From assembly GCA_036867785.1 (NCBI GenBank), contig CP145409.1, positions 124,001 to 188,000 on the forward strand: a stretch of 64,000 nucleotides of DNA, in the 5' to 3' direction. The number at the start of each line of letters is the position of its first letter. Position 1 is the stretch's first letter. The stretch is from Plasmodiophora brassicae (taxonomy: Eukaryota). This document shows positions 58,096 through 64,000 of this stretch, piece after piece. The notes below the pieces were generated by a model. That model was not told where the DNA came from, did not search any database, and saw only the letters and a list, made by a program, of their open reading frames with translations. Position numbers and translations under genes: made by a program.

Positions 58096-59784
58096 CTAGG
58101 AGACGAGGTACTCGGCGAGGTCGTCGGTGCCCTCGATGTCACGTAGGTGGGCGCGGCGTCGTACAACGCAGAGCGTCCAGATCGATGTGCAGCACATGAC
58201 AATCAGCAGCAGGATGTTGGAGACGAACGTCAGCGTTCCGATCAAGGGAATGTTGGCGAAGACGGCCTTGTTGAATCGCGCCAGCTCGGATAGGGCGCAC
58301 GGTGTCCTGGTCGATGACACGTCGTCCTGCCAGTCATGGAGTCGGCACGGTCGTGATTCGCCATCCGGACCAGCAATCGCCTGTGGGCCGAACGTGGCGT
58401 ACTGTGGGGCAAGCACCAGGATTTGCACGTTGATCGCAACTAGAAGGAACAAGAGTAACCAGATGGCCATCATCATGGCGTTCGGCTTCGTCCGTCGTGG
58501 GCTGATCGCGTACAGACGAATGCAGAGGATCCTAACGCCAAGCTGGATGATCCCTGTCAGCGTCGCCACGAACAGGTACCCAACCAGGACGGCAAAGCAG
58601 ATGAGATCGGCGGGGAACGCCGATGACGCCAGCACCAGGAGAAGCCCAATCGGGTCAGGCAACGACGGGCCATCGATTTGAAATCCGCACGAGAACCCGC
58701 ACGTCGAATTGAGGCCTCGATCGATGGTCCCGAGGAGAAGCGACGTGGCGACGAGCAACGAGAGCAGGAGGTATACGACACCGATCACCCCATGCATGAT
58801 ACGGGACAGGAACGATGGTGCAGAGGGCAGCCGTTCGACTTCCCTGACAACAGCGTCCTGCTGCTGCGCCAGCTGGCGCTCCCTGTGCTCGAGTTTGACT
58901 AGCTCCAGACGGTCCTCCTTGGACCAGGCACTCGATGGCTGGTTCATGTATCGCGCTTGAAGGTACTCAATCTGGGCATGAATTCGCAGCAGTTCCGCTT
59001 CAACCTCTTCGCCTGCAGTTAGCGATAGCGATCGGTCTGGCGCCTCTGCCGTAACCTGCAGCGCCTGGAGCGGCAGGTACGCCAGACCATAAGCCGTGTA
59101 GGAAACCCAGCCGGCAAGCCCGACCGTGAGCATGGCTCCAACGACGAACGACAGCAGATCGTCGACTGTCGAAGACGATGGATCCAGTTTGCCCAGTCTG
59201 ACAACGTAGGCCAGGGAAACGATGGCGATGATGGCGATGACAACGCCAACGGTATACTTGCAGGCGCGAACGGCCTGCGGGAATGTCTCCCCGGTGCCGT
59301 CTTCCTCCTCATAGAAGAAGTACGCGAACGGCAACAAGAAGAATGCAAAGGCGGCCAGCAAACAATAAAATACTGAATCGGGTTGCAAGAGTAAGAGGGG
59401 GTACGAGCGGTCACGTTTCGAGAACGATACCGAGATACGCGATCTTGATGCCTTCATGATATCCGGACAACGTCCCGGCACGGTCGCCAAGCGTGAAAAG
59501 GTCGAACGGGAGCAGGAAACTAGCGGGACAGTAATTTAGTGGAACACATTCAGATTCGATATCAATAGTGTACATGGTGCACATCGCGAGGAAGATCGCG
59601 AATGTGGCGACAGTGCTGGACAGCGCCGACTTGTCCGCCCGATCGGCATACACAACGACGAATGCTACACTGCCCGCCAGCAGCACCTGTCCCGACAGGA
59701 AATCTTAGGACACCAGCACTCACATGCTGCGCGTTCGTGTGGACCCACCAGCGGCGTGCCCACAATGGCGACCTCGAACCACAT
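58096..59784 (-). CDS. LMBR1-domain membrane protein (LMBD1-like; multi-exon)
   Basis: FLLPFDLF, FFLLPFAYFFYEE, YTAYGLAYLP, FPADLICF and LAPQYATFG motifs. Confidence 0.85.
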
Positions 59785-60339
59785 CGTCGCCAAAACCGGA
59801 CACCGTTACGGCGCCCGAACTTCGGCTTTGTAGATACCTATCGCTGCCGTTCCAGGGGAGAAATACCCACAGTTGGGTCCTCTTCCGTGATCTCGCTGCT
59901 GGACAGTAGTTGCATGAGTCGATTCTGACCACCTCGGAATATGAAACATTGGGAACGTCACGAAACCAGGCGGCGCACGACGTTCGGCGTTGGGAATTCC
60001 GACGAATACCCATGGGAGGTAGTACGTCGGATCCTGGTGGGGACTCGCGGCCCTTGTACATAGTGTTCGCTGTGTGGTTCGAGGACCCCGTTTCGATAGG
60101 TACGCCTTCCTGTAACCCAGATACATCGGGATCCGTGGCCATGAGGCTAAAAGAACGGGCCAGGGCATTGGGTGGCTATCTCCTATTGGTCGTGTTGTTG
60201 TCGTTGTCGTTGTTGTTCTGTCCGCTACGGACAGGACCTGGACGTATCAGACGCAGAGGGTGACCTCTGACACAAAAGCAGCCCGGCCAGCAAACTGCGT
60301 TGACGCGGCGCATGCATCGGTGCCGACGCCTGCCGCTTC

Positions 60340-61976
60340 ATGGAAGCCATATGCGTGTGCGAGTTCGACAACGTTGTCGGCCCCACCGTCAGCTTCCAGC
60401 ACCCGGAATCGTATGTCGACGTCGGGGGCGTGTCGCCGTGGGCGCCTTACTGACCCGTGCAGGTTCCTCTCTGTTGAGACCTTCGAGAAGATCTCCGATT
60501 ACCTCATCACCGACGAGGAGTTGTGCGGAAAGCTCGTCACATTGTCGGACGCGTCGTTCACGATGGATATGGCCAATGAGCTGATACCGTTTTCAGATCT
60601 GCGGTCGGTCATCAGTTCGTCGGTTGCCTGGTGCGCCTGGAGAATCCAAAGTATATTCGTAACTGCCTCATCTTCAATGTACGCCTTGGTTCATTGCCTG
60701 TGGGGTTGTATGTAGCTTGATCTCACACTGCGTAGGTCGTTTTCATTCTGTCAAACTCGGTAGACACCGCACCGTTCAGCGGTGTCGTGAAGAAGCTTGC
60801 CCGACTGCTGGAATCGCTTGAGGTGAGGCATTTTCTGTGTGTATTGACTCCCGCATCTTGAACCGTTGAAGCTCGAGAATGAATTCTTCTCTGACTCCTT
60901 CAAGAAATCAAGGCTGGCAGAAATGCTTCCGTTGATATTCGTCGGATTACGCGAGTACGGCGAGTGCTCCGTGTGCGTCCCTGACATTGACAAAGTACGT
61001 GCCTTCACCAGCTTGCTACTCAAATGCTAAGCTGAACCTGCCTGCATCAGGAAATCAATTTGAAGCTGTTCCCGCAGCGAGTGGCTCCTAGGAAGATTCG
61101 CATGCATGAAGTCCCTTTGCTCATCGGCGACGTCACCATTTACAAGGACCACTGGGATCTAACTCTTCAGCAAATACTTCCGTACATCGATGGCGAGTTC
61201 AGTTTGACAATGCGATGTGGTCCAAGCCTGAGTTTCAATGTCAGGCGTCAATTTCGTCAAGCGAATTGCGCAGCTCTCTCAGGTTGACGTTGAGATTGTG
61301 ACCGAATGCCTGCGCCAGCTTCTGTTCTACAATCTGATCGCTCTCATTGATATCTTCCAATTGTATGGCTGGATCCGGTACCTGTGACCCTGTGTGACTT
61401 ACTGCTGCACCGATAGCTCGAACATGTACTGCGCCACACCTCGTATCAGTGAACTCGCGACGCTTCCCGACATGCAGGCAGCGTGCATAAATTTCGTGAC
61501 ATGTAGGCATCCGACCAGTAAGGTATGTGATCCGTGCAGATTCAGAAGTATCATACGCCAGTAACACGTAGTGCCAGGTTACGCCACGAGCCATATTCTG
61601 CCTGTACACCCAGCTACGTCGCGGTGTTCGTATACGACAGCTTGTCGACTCGAACTTCATTCTCAAGTCTCGCGTTGTTGACGTTCGACGCTTCATCACG
61701 TTCGGCCTCGTCAACGGCCTGATTCGCCGAGTCCACGTGTATCCAATGCTTCTGAGCAGGTAATGACGCATTACTCTGCTTCGTCTGGCAGCCTACTGAT
61801 GTTACTGTAGCACTGGCGGGCCTGGGCAACTCATGAACCCGCGAGTCGAAACGCTAGCTGATATGCTCGATGGCCAGTGCTCGTTCGACGAAATCTGTTG
61901 TCGGCTCAATGCCTCACGTGTCGAAGTGGAGAATCTAATCAGTTCAATCCATAACTGTGTCACGGTAATGAGGTAG
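60340..61976 (+). CDS. NPRL2: GATOR1 subunit NPRL2 (many exons)
   Basis: MEAICVCEFDNVVGPTVSFQHP, FEKISDYLI...LCGKLV, ENPKYIRN, INLKLFP, WDLTLQQILPYIDG and LIDIFQ. Confidence 0.92.
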
Positions 61977-62039
61977 CAGTGCCCTACGATTGAAGTAAAC
62001 ATGGTTATTTATTCGGAAGCAAGACATTACCGCTTTCGT

Positions 62040-63581
62040 CTAGCTTAGACCGGTCACAGACATGCGCTTCAACTTGTAATCATGCGCCGACGTTCCTGAC
62101 GGTTTTACGTGCTCCATGGCAACCAGGAAGTCGTCGAGACAGAGTGGTCTGGGCTGCAATTCCTCGTCATCTGGTGAAGTTGCAGTCAAGTCGAACATGC
62201 TCGACGTCGTCTCAGTGACGCGTCCACGCTGCGATCGCAGTACTTCTCGAATCGGTATCATAGCAGCGAAGCGGCACCATTCCTTCAGGTCGCTGCCAGA
62301 GTACTTGTCGGTCATGGCTGACAGATCCGCTAACTGGACTGATTCGTCCATAAGCTCATCCTGAAGAAGAACCGCTAATATCATCTGTCTCTCCTCAGTG
62401 TCAGGAAGTCCGAATTCGAACGTCCTTGGCATCCTTCGAAGAATTGCCTGCAACAGGACACTTAAACAAACATGGCTGCGGTTGCCAAATCAGAACATAC
62501 CTCATCAAGATCCCATGGTCTGTTGGTGGCGCATAGTACAAGGACGTGTCCGGAGACATCCGAATCCGTCGTCAAGCCATCCCAGAGCGACATGAATTCT
62601 GCCTTCAATTGCGTCGTCTCCGAGTGGTCGCCATACGATGATCGCTGGCCGAGGAAGCACTCAGCCTCATCGACGAAAATAATAGACGGCGCTAACTTAT
62701 GCGCTAGACTGAAACACGCACGAATAAGTTTCTACGAGAGAGGAACCAGGTCAACCAAGAACAAGAACCGTGCCCGCGAATCATTACCTGGCTTTCGCCG
62801 TACCACTTGTTCTTGACGGTTGACCAGCGCAGGTTAATGAATGTCGCACCTGAATCACGAGCGATGGCTTTAGCTGTCATTGTTTTACCTGAAACACATG
62901 GTCAATAGTGCACAAAATCACAGCGACGCCGCTCATCACCGACCAGTTCCAGGAGGGCCATAGAACAGGACTCCTCTCGGAGGGGCCACCAGCTTCCTCG
63001 GCTGCCACTCGCCATCAGGGCTTTTCCTGGAGAATAGTTCTGGGTGTGACAGACTACGGGAGAAACTTAGGAGCACTGAACCAGCTACTGAGACTGATGA
63101 AACAATGTCTTACGGGACGAGCACCGTCTCAATGAGCTGCGACTTCAAACTGACGAGACCGCCAATGCTACTGAAGCTGACATTAATCTCATCAGGCATG
63201 GTGACTTCAGCGATGATGATCTGTTCGTATGAGTCCAGGGCCAGGCCTTCACCCCGGGACCCGAGCCGGGAAACAACGGCGCGTGCCGCCTCTTCAGTCT
63301 TCCAGATCCTCATTAACAAGCAACGTCATCAGGTTCCGGCATGTTACCTTCTTTGAGTTACGTGTTGGGTCCATCTGGGCGATCGTCTTCTTCGTGATGA
63401 AATACATCAACGCGGACGCGAACGCCGTCGTCAACAGATCGAGCGCGAATGTTTTCAGGTCCTTCGAGTGGACATGGTGTATGGACCGCACCGATGCATC
63501 AGCCCCGCCGCCACCTCGCGCCGGAACCAGATCCAGGCCGCTATCGTCTGGCGGCAACGGCCGTGATGAGCCCATGCCCAT
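62040..63581 (-). CDS. ATAD1: Mitochondrial outer-membrane AAA ATPase Msp1/ATAD1 (multi-exon)
   Basis: N-terminal TM, YEQIIIAEV..PDEINVSFSSIGGL, GPPGTG|KT, IIFVDE, KAEFMSLWDG, ATNRP and AILRRMP. Confidence 0.9.
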
Positions 63582-64000
63582 GCGGTGGCTATACAATGGG
63601 ACGGACTCCGTGCCGGCAGTCGCGCAGCCGCAGACGGCGTTACTCTGCGTCGCGTTTCTCCCACGTCGCCCAGGCCACCTATTACGAGACACTTCAACGC
63701 GGCTCTACCACGATGGACGATGTCGTTCTGAATTTTAGGCTCATGTGCATCAGCTTTCTGGATGCCTTGTATGTTCCAAATTCTGTCCTGCAATGTGCAC
63801 TGAATCGTCCCAGGACCCCATGGGGGCACATGTTATACGAACCGGGATAGCTATTACCTACCAACACTCTCAAGTCGGCGCAGTCAGCAATGACGCGCCA
63901 CCGGCGAGGTCCCACCACTTGCCAAGTACGGTAGGTAGTACATACCAGCCGCTGGTTCGTGACAAGTTGTGACGATGACTTACACTAGGTAAGGAGACGT

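Noticed and set aside
59800-60330. ORFs and a (TTG/TCG)n run between the LMBR1 and NPRL2 genes
   Set aside because: Most likely divergent promoter/UTR sequence; no motif support.

Overview
Gene-dense, GC-rich eukaryotic DNA with many short (about 45-90 nt) spliceosomal introns and very small intergenic gaps. Intron size, GC content, 7TM-RGS proteins, chitinases and secreted ankyrin proteins fit a plasmodiophorid protist such as Plasmodiophora brassicae; this is an inference, not verified. About 40 genes can be read by splicing ORF fragments by eye. Housekeeping genes: Mic60, an RlmN-type radical SAM methyltransferase, mL53, a TEY MAPK, Nup93/Nic96, dyskerin/Cbf5, otubain, ING-PHD, UPRT, Nse3/MAGE, LMBR1, NPRL2 and Msp1/ATAD1. 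These are interleaved with many secreted or membrane accessory genes, several as tandem pairs: two membrane-anchored GH18 chitinases, two 7TM-RGS genes, two unrecognised intronless paralogs and two 79-aa Cys-tailed membrane microproteins. The most notable candidates are a signal peptide + F-box + ankyrin protein, a PD-(D/E)xK nuclease-fold gene bracketed by ~105-bp direct repeats, a secreted stand-alone I29 protease-inhibitor domain, a secreted seven-repeat RCC1/crinkly-like propeller, and FYVE-ELMO and tensin-C2-RING fusions. No rRNA, tRNA or CRISPR array was recognised. Exon boundaries are manual and should be confirmed by RNA-seq.
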